From: Tubiluchus corallicola
Taxonomy: Eukaryota; Animalia; Priapulida
Direction: 5' to 3'
Assembly: GCA_030141605.1 (NCBI GenBank)
Contig: JAQGDQ010000780.1
Span: 53,965-96,380 of the forward strand
Length of the DNA stretch: 42,416 nt
Positions within the stretch are counted from its first letter, which is position 1, and the number at the start of each line of letters is the position of its first letter. The notes beneath the pieces are model-generated. The model ran no database searches and was not told the origin of the DNA. It worked only from the letters and a program-made list of their open reading frames with translations. A program made the position numbers and the translations under genes. Shown here piece after piece: positions 11,871-24,658 of the stretch.

Positions 11871-12445
11871 AGCAAAGTTCAACCCAATCTTAAACTGTAA
11901 GTCAAAACAATCTACTCTTTAAAATATTGAAAGGAAACATAATATTTTTTCAATAATGACTTAGAAATGATTTCGACGTGAAAGAATTTCTACCACACAA
12001 ACGCAATTTCGTGTTCGCGTCACTAGTTCTTTGCTGTCACATGCATTTTGCCATTCGGTAATTAGACAGGCACTAGCACATGCATTTCGGAAACACACTG
12101 CACAAAAAATAGGTGCTATACCTCTCAGTTCAGATGTGTTAGTTTGTGACGAACTAGACACGTTCGACATCTCATGCGTGAACACTGCAGTAAATTTGAA
12201 TTTTTCTTAAAACTTCCTCAGTTTAGTACAACACACTGAATATGTTATAATAGCACTGCAATTTAATTTTCGCTTTCACAAATACGTGAAACTCAGTCAA
12301 AGAATATTTTTGCTGTTGAAAATTATGTTAGTTTGTGATGTAATCAACAATTGGGTTCGCTCGGTGTTAATTAAGTTTTCAATCAATTATTTAATTATCA
12401 GGAACGCTTTTACAGCATCAGTTGTATTTAAATGTTTACTTTTGT
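11871..12445 (+). mobile_element. Dispersed non-autonomous element, copy 1 (possibly Kolobok-like)
   Basis: Diverged reverse-complement match to about 24710-25280; begins TTAA|AGCAAAG. Confidence 0.6.
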
Positions 12446-12466
12446 CCTCCTTGGAAATATGGCAAT

Positions 12467-12601
12467 CAGGGGGAGCATCGTATGTTCGAATTCGATTCAA
12501 ACAAGTTTTTCTTATTTCGAATTTGATTTGAATCTAAAACTATAGATTCGAATAACTCGGCAATAACTCGAAATAACTCGAGTCATTTTTGCCCACACCT
12601 G
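12467..12601 (-). mobile_element. Partial inverted copy of the TTCGAA-rich hAT-like MITE
   Basis: CAGGGGGAGCATCG..TTCGAATTCGATTC..AAAACTATAGATTCGAATAA is the reverse complement of the right ends of the copies at 15885-16284 and 31160-31581. Confidence 0.65.
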
Positions 12602-13759
12602 TGAACCCATGTATAACAGTAAGGAAATAAATCATCAAACACACTGTCTGTCACTCACATGTTCTGTTAACCAGTAGGATTATTTATGTCCAACTCACAG
12701 TGAATATTTTCTCATAAGCTCCCATATGAAAACCTTGTAATGGCCGTTATCACTACGATTACCAAGATACCTTGACTGAAGTCACTGTCGTTAATAAAAT
12801 CTAGTTCTGCCTACTATTATGAAATGACAATCATTATTACTAAGATGACTTTGTTCAACAGTGAACCAAGTCAAGTATGATTGAGACTCCAACTTCCTCA
12901 ACTGCTTCTAAGGAAGTGTCTTTAAAATCCCATTTCAAAGACAATTACACTGAAATAAGTCAAGGTTTCTGAGAGAATTGCAGTAAGGTGGGACATCAGT
13001 TAATGTAAATAAACATAGGCCTGACATGGGGATAATGGTGCATCTGATGGAGGGTTTTCTTACTTAGGGTAGGGCATATACTGATTGTTTATAGTCCGAG
13101 ATAAACAGACAGACATAGGGCTAACCACAGCCTGGAAATCATGTTTAAATTCAAATTTACAACACAGCCATAAGTGACTATAACTGCCAAAAGCTGGGCT
13201 GTGGACAGGCAGTGAAACGTACTCAAATCTCGCGTAAATCAAGTACAAATGTAAAAAAGAAAAATCAAGACCACAATAAAGAAAAAAAGCTTTGTGACAA
13301 AGGCCGCTTTTCATTCACACGCGGTTGTTTACATCTTGTTTACACGCCTCTCTTAGTTTGCTTACTACCTTGGCTCGAATTCTAAACTTATCCAACACGT
13401 TTTGCTCTAGGGGCCAAAATTTGGCGTTTTTTTCTGATCCATTTTGCATAAACACGTGTGCGTGCGACACGCTCAAAGGCGCCATTACACGGAAATCTTC
13501 GCCAAGGTCACAACATCGGGAACCGCTATGCGCCCGAATTGTCCGGTTGTCACAGAAAGACATGTCAACTTTCTGCTGCACGCTATAATTATATCCCGGC
13601 GCTTGTGTAAGTGAAATTTCTGAAAGCGAAAGTCGAGCCCAGCAGGTATTATCGCTTGAATGATAGCGGGGAGGAGTGACAATACCGTTCTAACCCGGGA
13701 AGCTGCGTGCAGCCATGATGTGAAATTAGTAAAAGTGGAACGTGCAGAACCTAGTGTGG

Positions 13760-13797
13760 TATAAATACCTGGCAGACATCATGTCCGTATCACAGTT
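13760..13797 (+). promoter_or_regulatory. TATA box and initiator-like site of the CDA-like gene
   Basis: TATAAATA at 13760-13767; TCACAGTT about 30 nt downstream; ATG at 13824. Confidence 0.7.
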
Positions 13798-13823
13798 GAT
13801 CCAGTCACATCATCAACAACAAG

Positions 13824-13863
13824 ATGAAGCTACTCATCATACTACCTGCTGTATTGGCACTTG
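13824..13863 (+). CDS. Chitin deacetylase-like gene, exon 1 (signal peptide)
   Basis: aagATG; MKLLIILPAVLAL; donor G|GTAAGT, phase 1; joins exon 2 in frame to give ...LALAMA/TPH. Missed by the ORF track. Confidence 0.85.
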
Positions 13864-14840
13864 GTAAGTCTGTTTACTTAGTTCACTTAATTAACTATGC
13901 TCTTGTGATTTTACTATCATAATTATTAATATTAACTGTATATTTTTTCACTGTTTTCATAAATTGCACCAAATGCATTTGCAATTAAATTACTTTCTTA
14001 AAAAACGGTAGCTTTTAATTAAAGAAAAAGTAAACTGAAAAAATGCAAAAGGACAGTGTACTTTTTGTGTTTTTAAGTTGCTTCCGTTTTAAAAATAAAC
14101 AGTAGAAATTTAATAATAGACAGCACTGTGATACTTTCGCCTCTAGTTTGAGCAATATACTTTTATTCTCTAAAAAAGTGCTTGCTTCATATAGAAAAAG
14201 TTGAATGCTTCATTGTAATTTGTTTCAGCATTTAAATAGTTAGTGCAAACTTGGTTTTTAAATGCAATTATTGATATATTTGCACACACACACACACACA
14301 CACATATATATAATATATATACACAGTGTAGTTGAAACCACAAGCTAGCTATGGCAGAACAAGATGCGTATAATACCAATACGTTTCTTCCAGACTTCTA
14401 AAAGTTTTTTTTAACAAGAAATATTCCGTTTATATTAAATATTACATTTACAGTTTACAACATTACAGTCACATTAATTATAGTTACACTTCGAAGATTC
14501 TGTGTCCAACTTACAATGATAATTGCACTATCACTATCAATTTAGTTACTTAATAAAATCTGCCTTTCTTCCACAAAACTTAACAGATGATTCTCCATTC
14601 AGCATCATCTACTACTAATTACTTACGGTTACTTACTTAATTAATTACTTACTTAAAATTAATTATGTTTGCACTCTGAACTTTATTCTAAAAGTGAATT
14701 TGAAAAGCTTCTGCAATTAAAAGAGTTCTAAAGGTAAAAAGGTTTCGTTTTTATAAAACATCAAGTTAGTGAGATATTCATTAGTTCTGCTAAGTGGGCT
14801 TTCCAAAAATAATGAACCACTTTTGTACACAAAATAGTCA

Positions 14841-14934
14841 ATGATCACTGATTATGTTATGTATTGTTAATGTGATCACTGATTGCATTATGTATTGTTA
14901 ATGTGATCACTGATTATGTTATGTATTGTTAATG
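14841..14934. repeat. 31-bp tandem repeat, about 3 copies
   Basis: TGATCACTGATTATGTTATGTATTGTTAATG. Confidence 0.8.
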
Positions 14935-15884
14935 CCATTAACCCAAGTAAGGAACACTCAGCATCTTCATTTGATTCAAATATTTCAATGGGAACATCCA
15001 TTTGACTTCCTGTCAACCAATTCTTATAGCCGGGATTATTATAAATGCTACAAGTAATACGAGCAATAAACAACAACAAACTACACTAGTGCAAGTCTAA
15101 CTTACCTATTCTACTATGTTGCAGCCTTGATTATGCTGAATATCATCATGTTATACCATTATATATATATGTGCGAAGTAAAATATCATTGGTCATACTT
15201 CACAATGCTAAAACGATACTGGAATAATGGTAACATATGAGTCAAGATGCAGTTTCACACAAGTAGCACTTGGTTAACCAATTTGTGATTATCATTTCTT
15301 ATGAGCATCACTTGTGCACTCGCCAATGTAACAAAAGGCAGCTAATCATTTTTGGTTTGATCTAACGACATTATCAAATCAGATAATAAACCAAACTTAT
15401 GCTAATCTATATTACTGATCACTCATGTGCACTGTTAATCAATAGACATTAAGTATATGTATTGCTTGTAGGCTTTAAGAGCTGAAACTTTTTTGAAATT
15501 CATATAAAGAGCTTTAAAATTTTTATTACTAGTTTAATAGGTTAATATTGCATTTACACTTTTTATGAGATAACTTACCTAGTATATATGGAACTGCTCG
15601 GTTGTCTTTTATTGCTTAATATGTTGCTATCAAATGCAAATGCTAATCTTGCTGTACCGAATTATTTATATTTAAAATTATTCTTAACAAATGCACTCCA
15701 TCTGAGAATCCCAGTGCTTTTTACTTCGATACTAAAAGAACTTGAAAATAATATGGAATTGGAATAATTAAAATAGTTACTGTTTAAAAATATATAAATT
15801 TACATATAGAAGAAAATGAATGAAAATTCAGTCAATTTGCAGTGAGAATAATTACAACAATCAGAACGTAAATGCAATGTCAAT

Positions 15885-16284
15885 TAGGGGCGAGCATTCT
15901 GTGCCAGAAAGCAAATTCGAATTGAATCGAATTTGTGAATTTCGAGTTCGAATCACACTGAATTTCAGTATTTCGAATCCAAATCGAATTCGAATTGAGT
16001 TTGAAAAATTTTCAAAAAAGTTTTCGAATCAGCAGTAAAAACTGGTCTTACAAAGACTATGCATATTACTTGATTTTGTTCTGTGCTAGAACCACTATTA
16101 CTTTGTCAAAAATTTTGCTCAGAAACTGCAGCTAAATTGTGCTAACTCCAAGCTGATTCATACATTTTAATGATAAAGAACGTACGTGGCTGAAGCCCTG
16201 AATTATTCGAATCTATAATTTTAGGTTCGAATCGAATTCGAACTAGAAAACTCGTTCGACTCGAACATTCAATGCTCGCCTGTA
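15885..16284 (+). mobile_element. hAT-like MITE (TTCGAA-rich), copy 1
   Basis: TIRs TAGGGGCGAGCATT / AATGCTCGCCTGTA; 8-bp TSD ATGTCAAT/ATTTCAAT (7/8); homologous to 31160-31581. Confidence 0.85.
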
Positions 16285-16686
16285 ATTTCAATGCATTATT
16301 ATTACAATGTCAGCAGAAAATGAAACATGTCTGGTTTTAAACACTAACCAGCTAATTTTAGTGGATCCCCAAGGGTTTACAGATCCAGTAGCACCTAAAA
16401 TATCATCTCACTTTCAACTAATAAACTGTCACTCGATGCTCAATTAAACATGCTGTTACTTTCTCATTATCATTTACAGCCTGACTGAACAACTTCAAAG
16501 CATTTTGCCGCCTCAGAATAATTACTAGGTCTTCTAACAGAACTAACAAGTCAACTAAATAGTCCAGCTTTGGGCACTGGGACACTGTAATGTAGTAATA
16601 CGCCGGCTAATAAAATAGTTACAACAAATTGCTTAAAGAAAGACATTCAATCAAACAATTTACGAAAAATGTGCAGTCCTTTATAA

Positions 16687-17143
16687 CCCTTTCAGTCCCA
16701 AATTATTTTTTTAATAAGAAAAAATTTTTTGGCTTGGTACTTTTGTTCAGTATGTCCATCTTGTTTACACGTAATAATTTTTTTCTACCTGTGCCCGTGT
16801 GCTAAATATAGCCAGTATCCCACGGGATACATTGGGATTCAATGAAAGCATAAAATTTGCTTCATTTTGCAACTGTTGATAATTTTTTACAGTATTTAAG
16901 ACATTTAGTATGCACGCTATGCTAATCTGTACAAAGTCATCTCTGAAGTACTGTACCTTGCGCAGTTTTTTATGCTATGTAGATTTTTTAGTTTGCCATT
17001 TTATCACCATTTTTAGTCTATTGTTATTGGCTTAAATCAAAATAACTATTAACAGATCAAATAACTGTCAGTTTTAAAATTTTATTAATTTTAAAGGCAG
17101 AAAATATTCTCGTATCCCACGGGATACAACGGGTATGAAAGGG
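16687..17143 (+). mobile_element. piggyBac-like MITE, copy 1
   Basis: CCCTTTCAGTCCC...GGGTATGAAAGGG termini with ATAA/TTAA flanks; near-identical to 33278-33736. Confidence 0.9.
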
Positions 17144-18877
17144 TTAACTTATGAGCACCGGGGAGCACTCTATATCAGAATTTCACCCCTAATATAGTAT
17201 GAGTGAGTAAGTATAATGTACTGAACAGGCCTTGTGATTAAACAGAAGATTTCGAATGTGTAACTTGCCCTAACTTTCCATGAAGTGGGATTTTACAGGA
17301 ACTTCATGGACAAATTTAACGTGTTAACTCTTTCATCTCGCTATTTCTTACACAAAAACAACTTGACTCACATCACCCACAGCTGTACCAATACATAAAT
17401 TTATTAACATCAGCTATGCTCTTTAACTCTGTGCCTCTAATCACCTCTAAGCTAAGCAACCAGATTTTAATAGTCTTAATCTTTCTTTTTCATTAATTAA
17501 GAGAACTTTTAATTGTTGACATTATTATCTATGGTAACCTACTACTGTCTAGCAAAATCTGGTTTTTTACAAACTTATCATTCAAGTCACAAGAAAAGAT
17601 TATCGCGGAAATAAAATTTTTATGAGTTGCCATAAAACCGTTATCAAAACCACTTTCTTTGCAAAATCTTAGAACAGCTCGACTCAATCCTGATTTTATA
17701 CAATCTGTATTTGACGGTACCTCACTGGATCATTTTTATGACGGGTGTTCTCAAGTTCAAATATCAAGTTTATCTGCATTCGCTTTCTTACTGAATACTA
17801 AATTGGGTAAGACCCCCAACAGGCTCGCCTGAAGAAATATATATATATAAATTATTTATGTCTTCTAGATAAAATTTGTATTCAGGTCACACAAACTCGA
17901 AAACTGGTTCATTATACAGTTGACGCGTTCTTGAACAAGAACTTCAATGGACAGTCGTTTTTCTTAGGAAAATCCTGTGACCTGGTGATTCATACGAAGC
18001 TTGAAATCACAGGCAAATCCTGGGGAAATTTTAACGGGAAAAAGATTATTACTGTGTTGCCTTGTGTTGGTGCATTTAAAATTTACCAATTTGCAAATGC
18101 AGGAATTATCTTTTGTTCTTGTTTTGTTTTCAGAACTCAGTCCCAGATTTGTCTTGGAACTAAACTAGAAAAATGCAGTTAAGGGAGCCCTACTTAGTAC
18201 TTAGTCAAGTTAGAGGGAGACGAATCCCTTTTGCCTTTCTGCTCCAAGTTTAAAACTCGTGAAAGTGCTAAACAGTTAATAGTAAAGTCGCCAAAATAAA
18301 GCAATATATCCAACAGTATTTGAACAAGCAGAAAACAAGCGGGCCAATAATGGAACAAGTCCCAAGAAAGATCCATTGTCTTCACTTGAGTTAAACATTG
18401 TTAAGCATTCAGCTTTTTTGTTAATCACTGTTAAGCATTCAGTTTGTTTGGAACATAGCACAACTTACAAAGGATTGTATGAAATTTGAAAATTTAAACT
18501 TCAACCGCGATGACCGATGACAGTTACGCACAGCCATTTTGACGGTAGATCATTTGAAACAAATTTAGACATCACTGCATGAAGTTTAGAAAAAATAATC
18601 AGAGCATTTGTAGCGCACACTTCATTAACTAACCATAAGTATAAATTGCTTTATATTGTCAATAAGATTAGAAAACGTTTCTTTTGGTGAGTCAGTGGTG
18701 CACACTGGGAAGGTGAGTCAGTGACGTTTTACCAGTTTGTGTGAACATTTTAAATTACTAAGAATTTTCAAGCAGGTAAACGTACTACTATGGAAGTTAT
18801 ATACGTTTGTGTGGAAAGTTTTTGAGACATGCTTTAAAATTCCCTTTTCATACCACTTTTAAACCAAGGATAATAAG

Positions 18878-19183
18878 CAGACAATGTAACATATCGTTAT
18901 ATCTTGCAGCTATGGCAGACAATGTGAGATATAGTTATATCGTCCAGCTATGACAGACAATGTGAGATATCGTTATATCTTGCAGCTATGACAGACAATG
19001 TGACATACCGTTATATGTTACAGCTATGACAGACAATGTGACATATCGTTATATCTTGCAGCTATGACAGACAATGTGACATATCGTTATATCTTGCAGC
19101 TATGACAGACAATGTGACATATCGTTATATCTTGCAGCTATGACAGACAATGTGACATATCATTATATCTTGCAGCTATGGCA
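18878..19183 (+). repeat. 38-bp tandem repeat x8 spanning the intron 1 / exon 2 junction of the CDA-like gene
   Basis: CAGACAATGTGACATATCGTTATATCTTGCAG|CTATG(A/G) starting at 18878, 18916, 18954, 18992, 19030, 19068, 19106 and 19144. Confidence 0.95.
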
Positions 19184-19454
19184 ACGCCGCACAAGCGGTT
19201 GGGGGTGCCGGTCTCAGCAGAGATTGCGTGTGAGAATCCGGAAACGGAGTTTGCGGCCGACGAGCAGGACTGTCAGGTCTTCTACATCTGTGACCACGGC
19301 TGGCCAAAGATTCGACGATGTCCGTCCGACACCATCTGGACACCGTTCACGGGAAAATGTGAGAGCAAGTTTAATGCAACCAACGACGAGTGTGGATATA
19401 TCCCTCCCCCACCCCCACCAGATGCATTGTTCTTTACTGGGTTTGAAGATACAG
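19176..19454 (+). CDS. Chitin deacetylase-like gene, exon 2 (CBM14/peritrophin-A chitin-binding domain plus poly-Pro linker)
   Basis: TTGCAG| acceptor, AG|GTAGGT donor, phase 1-1; six-Cys CENP..DCQVFYIC..RCPSDTIW..KC..EC pattern. Confidence 0.9.
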
Positions 19455-20035
19455 GTAGGTGTTATGCCTATTCAATAATAATCAGAGTGGAAATGGCTTC
19501 TGTGTTGCTGAATCTACTCTCTCACAAAAAAACTTAGAATACAACCCTTAAATCACTCCAAATAAGGCTAGCAGAAGCCCCTTTATTAATTTAATGGAAA
19601 TTAGATTAGTTTGGAAGGTTTCCACCAGGGGACCACAACATCTATAGCAAGAAATGAAACTTGCAATATGTTTCATCATTGCCACTATATCTAATCCACT
19701 TCCATAGAAAGATGCCATGTTTCTCTTGGGAAGCAGATGAATTTATACACTTCATTCCAGGATTAATTATCTTTAGAAAAGTTAAAGTGGAGAGTTCCAA
19801 GTGAAAATTCAAAGTTTCTTTCTCACTCACTGATGGTTTATCTTACATCACAAGCTCTCCGGGAAATTCTCTACCTTCTGCCTAGCGTCAAATTTATGCA
19901 AAATTTTACGCAATAAACCCTTCATACCTACCACAGCCAAACAACGAGTCTGAACTTGATTACGGAGAATGAAAATCACTAGGAATTCCTAAAGTTGATC
20001 AAATTGCCAGTAAATTTGTATAGGTTTTACACGTC

Positions 20036-20423
20036 AAATGTGACTTAGGTAAGTCAAATGTAGACATAAGAATTTCGAATGTGTTTTGGTAACTGAAATG
20101 TGACTTAGGTAAGTCAAATGTAGATGCATTACTTTGAATAAATCTGTAATTAACTTATTTAAGTGCAAGTTGCAAAAAGATAAACCAAAGATAGTCATCA
20201 CCTCTTTCAGAACTTTGAAAATGCGTTGTTTATCCTCAAACTAAATTCTTTGATAAACCAAAACGTCGGTAGAAAAGAATAAATTGGTTCCCACTTCCTA
20301 ATGAACAGTGAATCACTAATTACGCTTAAGATTTCTTTAAAACCATTGTTAACACATTTCAACTACCTAAGTCTACATGTGAGTTACCAAGACACATTTG
20401 AATTGCCTAAATCTACATTTGAG
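20036..20423. repeat. Imperfect inverted repeat (foldback/MITE-like)
   Basis: 20053-20121 is the approximate reverse complement of 20355-20423; direct duplication of AAATGTGACTTAGGTAAGTCAAATGTAGA at 20036 and 20096. Confidence 0.6.
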
Positions 20424-20704
20424 TTAATGCAGGTCTATATTTGACATGCAAAACCCATAGTAGAGAGAATTTAGATAATAAGTTTTCCGTGTTGGCAATA
20501 TGATGACTAAATGTGATGGCTTAGAAAATGCAATGCCAAGAGCAATGTTAAGCAATAAACTAATTTCAAGGCCAGTAGTATCTAAAATTCTAAGTAACAA
20601 GTAGTTAAAAAACAATAAATAAACCATAGAACGTTTTTATTGGGTGAGATGAAGGCACTAAAGTGGACTGTTACATTATTTATACATTTTAGCGATGTGA
20701 AATA

Positions 20705-20912
20705 CCGGGTTGAAATGCTACTAACGTTTTACACGGTAGCACATGGAGGTAGTTAATGTAAGCACCTGTTCCCCTTGAAATCAGATGATTTTTAAATAGA
20801 ATTAGATGCCGGGTTGAAATGCTACTAACGTTTTACACGGTAGCACATGGAGGTAATAAATGTAAGCACCTGTTCCCCTTAAAATCAGATGATTTTTAAA
20901 TAGAATTAGATG
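20705..20912. repeat. 104-bp tandem duplication
   Basis: CCGGGTTGAAATGCTACTAACG... at 20705 and 20809. Confidence 0.9.
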
Positions 20913-21784
20913 TCGAAAACTAGGAGACTGTTCTGATGCAAGTTTAGCGTGAGTCGGGCTAGAAAATTTAGAAGAATGTTAAAGAAACAGTTGGTTAGTT
21001 TCACGGCGAGTGTAAAGCAATAGTAATTCATTTGAGAAAAGTGTTCATTCCAGAAAGAATGATAAAATTACAAGCCGTTTCCAATTTTTGTGCAATTCTG
21101 TGTTCTCGACTACCGTGCATTAATGCAGTTTTGGATTTTTACCGATATTTTGTACATTTTTCCATTGTTTATAGTTTCCGAAAATGCTAATTGTTATGTT
21201 ATAATCTTGGTAAAAACTTATTCTTTTTGAAAACACCAATACTAATTAAATTTGTACTGTTTCATTAGTTAAAGACTGCATTAGCCTGGTACACAAAATT
21301 CTAACGAAACATATAATTCTAACGATTCTGCAATTTCTAACTTACGACTGGAGCAGAGAAAAAACTGAAAAATATGGGGCAGACGTGAGAAGATTTCACA
21401 AGTACACGTTTCTGTGTCTAAAGTGCTAATGCCTTCAAAACTATTTTTATAAACCTGAAAATTGTTTACAAGTCTTTGGGAAATTTTCTACAGACCTTCG
21501 AGATTCTTATTGTGGCTGAACACAGCTGATCGTAAAATTGTTTGTTATGATGCCTCACAGCAATTTGTGAAAGCAAAGTTTGTTATTTAGAACTGCTATT
21601 GTCGTGTTTACGGACCTGCAATTATAATAAATAGTAAGGACATACGTCACGTCTGCCTTTCAAATACAAAGAAGCGGTAAATGTGCATGTACGGATGATA
21701 ATTGTATACATATGTAAATGGGACACAATGTAAATGGATTGCTTGTTTGCACTGGCCCAAGATGTAGGGTTCAAATTGTAACAG

Positions 21785-22204
21785 CAGGGTTCCCATAGAA
21801 TCTTAAAATAAATTTTCCGGACTTTTTCCTGAACAAATATTGATTATGCCATGACCAAGGTAAGCAGAAACTGCATCACCAGTATATATATATTAAAACA
21901 TTTTTGTACAAAGACATGCATACATATAATGACAGTTAATGTGTCGGCCAAACAATTATTTCGAAACTGGGAGTCTGTCATAGCAAAGTTTTATTTGAAA
22001 CTGAATCGCTGAAAAACATGTTTGGAAAAATATCGGCTCAGGCTGATTATCTTTGCAATCCTTTCCAATTTTCCTGACTTTTCATCCCATTTTCATCATT
22101 TTCCCTGAGTTTTTACCAAATTATCTTTTTCCCTGACTTTTCCATGACTTTTTAGGATATTCAAGGATTTTCCTGGATTTTCTCTGACCGTGGTGGGAGC
22201 CCTG
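21785..22204. mobile_element. hAT-like MITE
   Basis: TIR CAGGGTTCCCA / TGGGAGCCCTG; subterminal TTTTCC(C)TGA repeats; flanks TTGTAACAG / CTATAACAG (degenerate 9-bp TSD). Confidence 0.75.
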
Positions 22205-22345
22205 CTATAACAGAGTCTACATTAATTAGCTTTTGTTTTCCTGCTTTTTTCAAATAAATTGTCAGTAGTTCTGATAAATTAGCTAGTCTACATTATGCTA
22301 ATCTGGATAAATAAATAACACCGGCATTTATTTTTGACTTGACAG

Positions 22346-23580
22346 AGATTGTGAACGTCCCAGAATGGCTGTGTGCGGATGGCGAACAACTGATCGCTTA
22401 CCGAGGAGTCTGCGACGGAGTGCCACAATGCGAAGATGAGTCGGACGAAAGAAACTGTGCCGAGGCATGTAATCAGCAGATTTGCCAACTTCCCGACTGT
22501 TGGTGTGCCTCGTCGCTCGTACCCGGAGGATTCAATCCGGAAGACATCCCACAACTTGTCCTCTTAGCATTCGATGAAGCCGTCAGAGTTGAAGACTACA
22601 ACCATCTTTACCAGCAAGTGTTCAAAAGGGTGAATGCCCAGAGACGCAGAGAGCCGAGGCTGAATCCAAACGGTTGCCCCGCAGTTGGTACTTTTTTCGT
22701 TAGCCATCAGTTTACTGACTACGCTGCCGTCCAGTCTCTGTACAGTGAAGGCCACGAGATGGCAGCACATTCCATCAGCAAGCAACTCCTTGCTGACTAT
22801 TGGAAGACTGCCTCGGATGCCGAATACTCCGCAGAGTTTGCTGGTCAGAGAGCTCTGTTCCGTAATCTTGCCGGCATCCCAGACGGAGCAATTAGGGGTA
22901 CCCGTTTTGCCTACCTTCAGGGAGCCGGTGATCGTGCCATCAGTGTCCTTCAGCGCGACGGCTTTGCTTGGGATTCTTCTTATGCCACAGCCAGACGAGA
23001 TCCACCCATCAATCCGTACACATTGGATTATCGCAGTGGTTTAGACTGTCCAATACCCCCTTGCCCAGTAGCGCCACACCGTCAGTACTGGGAGGTGCCG
23101 CTCGTTGATTGGCTCGACACAAACGACACCTTGTGTGAGAATGTGGACAGTTGTTACTTCCCCAACAGCAGAGAGGAAGCTCTTCAATTACTCAGACAAA
23201 ACTTCTACAATCATTACAGACAAAACAGGGCTGTATTCACGGTAAATCTACGGGCAAGATGGTTCCTAAATGACGGCTACCACAACATGGAGGCTCTGCA
23301 AGAGTTCCTGCAGGAACTGGAAGACCTGGGCGACGTTTACTTTGTCACCTACAGCCAAGCCATCGAATGGATGCAGGATCCCGTCAACGTCAGGCAGTCA
23401 GCCGAGTTCTTCGAGTGCGACTACGACGACAGGTTGCCGCTATGCGCCCATCCCAACCTGTGCGGCTACTTCAACATCACGTATGCACCAAACAGCGAGG
23501 ACCATCCGGGTGACCGATTCTTCCAGACGTGTGCAGAGTGCCCGGAGGAGTATCCATGGCTTGGCTACACTGGACTTTAA
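22346..23580 (+). CDS. Chitin deacetylase-like gene, exon 3 (LDLa plus CE4 polysaccharide deacetylase domain; arthropod group I/II CDA architecture)
   Basis: GACAG| acceptor, phase 1; CDGVPQCEDESDERNC, CQLPDCWC, PQLVLLAFDEAV, NPNGCP, TFFVSHQFTDY, GHEMAAHS, PYTLDY, CPEEYPWL, TAA. Spliced CDS 40+279+1235 = 1554 nt (517 aa). Confidence 0.95.
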
Positions 23581-23610
23581 AACTACAAAGATCGCTAGAT
23601 AGACAAAGAA

Positions 23611-23616
23611 ATTAAA
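23611..23616 (+). promoter_or_regulatory. Possible poly(A) signal of the CDA-like gene
   Basis: ATTAAA 30 nt after the stop codon, followed by T-rich tracts. Confidence 0.4.
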
Positions 23617-24658
23617 GTATTCGTGCACACTCTTTTTTACACACTTTTTTCACTGCCAGGCAGGGCTTACCATTTCTTGAGGCAAAAAAGCCAAATACAC
23701 AACTACCATACGAAAACTATTAAAATGATGAAGTTGAATGGCTCAATGTTTGTAGAGGCACAATTCACCCTAGTAAGAGTTCCAAACAAGCAGGTGTGTT
23801 TACAAATGATACAAACGAATGTAAAACATCTTTTGTACATATCTGATTACACGCTCAGTGTGCTATGTGTGTAATTATTGTAGCTACCTATATATCTCTG
23901 TATTGTAAATGTCCGGTCTTCAATGTGATTCTAGTTTAATTAGTAATATTAGTAAATTATTCTGTAAAATTTCTTTTCTCGTGCGTGTGCGTGTATGCGT
24001 CATTCCAAATCATAGAAAATTACGAGACTTTCGTGTGAATATCGCACAGTATTACACTTTGTAGTAGATAAAATCACAATCCAGAAGCATAGTGAAGGCA
24101 TATAAGAATGTCACTGATGGTAGCACCACCTACTGGGCAAAAGAGCAACAAACTGTTCCAATAATTTCGTTTTAACAAGAGCGACTGCAACACATGGGTA
24201 TTATAATAATTGTTTTAGTAATTAGTAATTAACAAATAGTTTTGTGCATGTCTTGTATATTCTTTTGTCTTTAATAATAATAATAATAATTATGTATGTG
24301 AAGAGAAATTCATTAGTCAATTTTGTTCTGTTTGCGAATAACATATTTACTGAGTTCTGCAAATATAATATGAAAGCTTTTATGCCAAAAGACAGGAGAG
24401 GGAAAGATCCTGAACGAATAACATCTCCTTAATTATATCAAATGCCAGGCCACATGAAGATTAGGAATATTTTAACCCAGACTTAAATATTTTGAAAGTA
24501 TTAATCGAGAATGCATCAAAATTATAGCACATACATACACTGCTCTACATAAACTGGTTATAAGCAACACAGGGTCACAAATGCACACGTAGTGCATAAA
24601 TGTTAACACATGTGGCAGCACCGGTATCTGTTATCATACCAAAAACATTAGGTTTTAA

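Noticed and set aside
13060-13700. Cluster of short ORFs in a CpG-rich stretch
   Set aside because: No recognisable motifs; the position just upstream of the TATA box fits regulatory DNA better.
22288-23628. Alternative-frame and antisense ORFs overlapping the CDA exon
   Set aside because: Expected shadows of a GC-rich coding exon.
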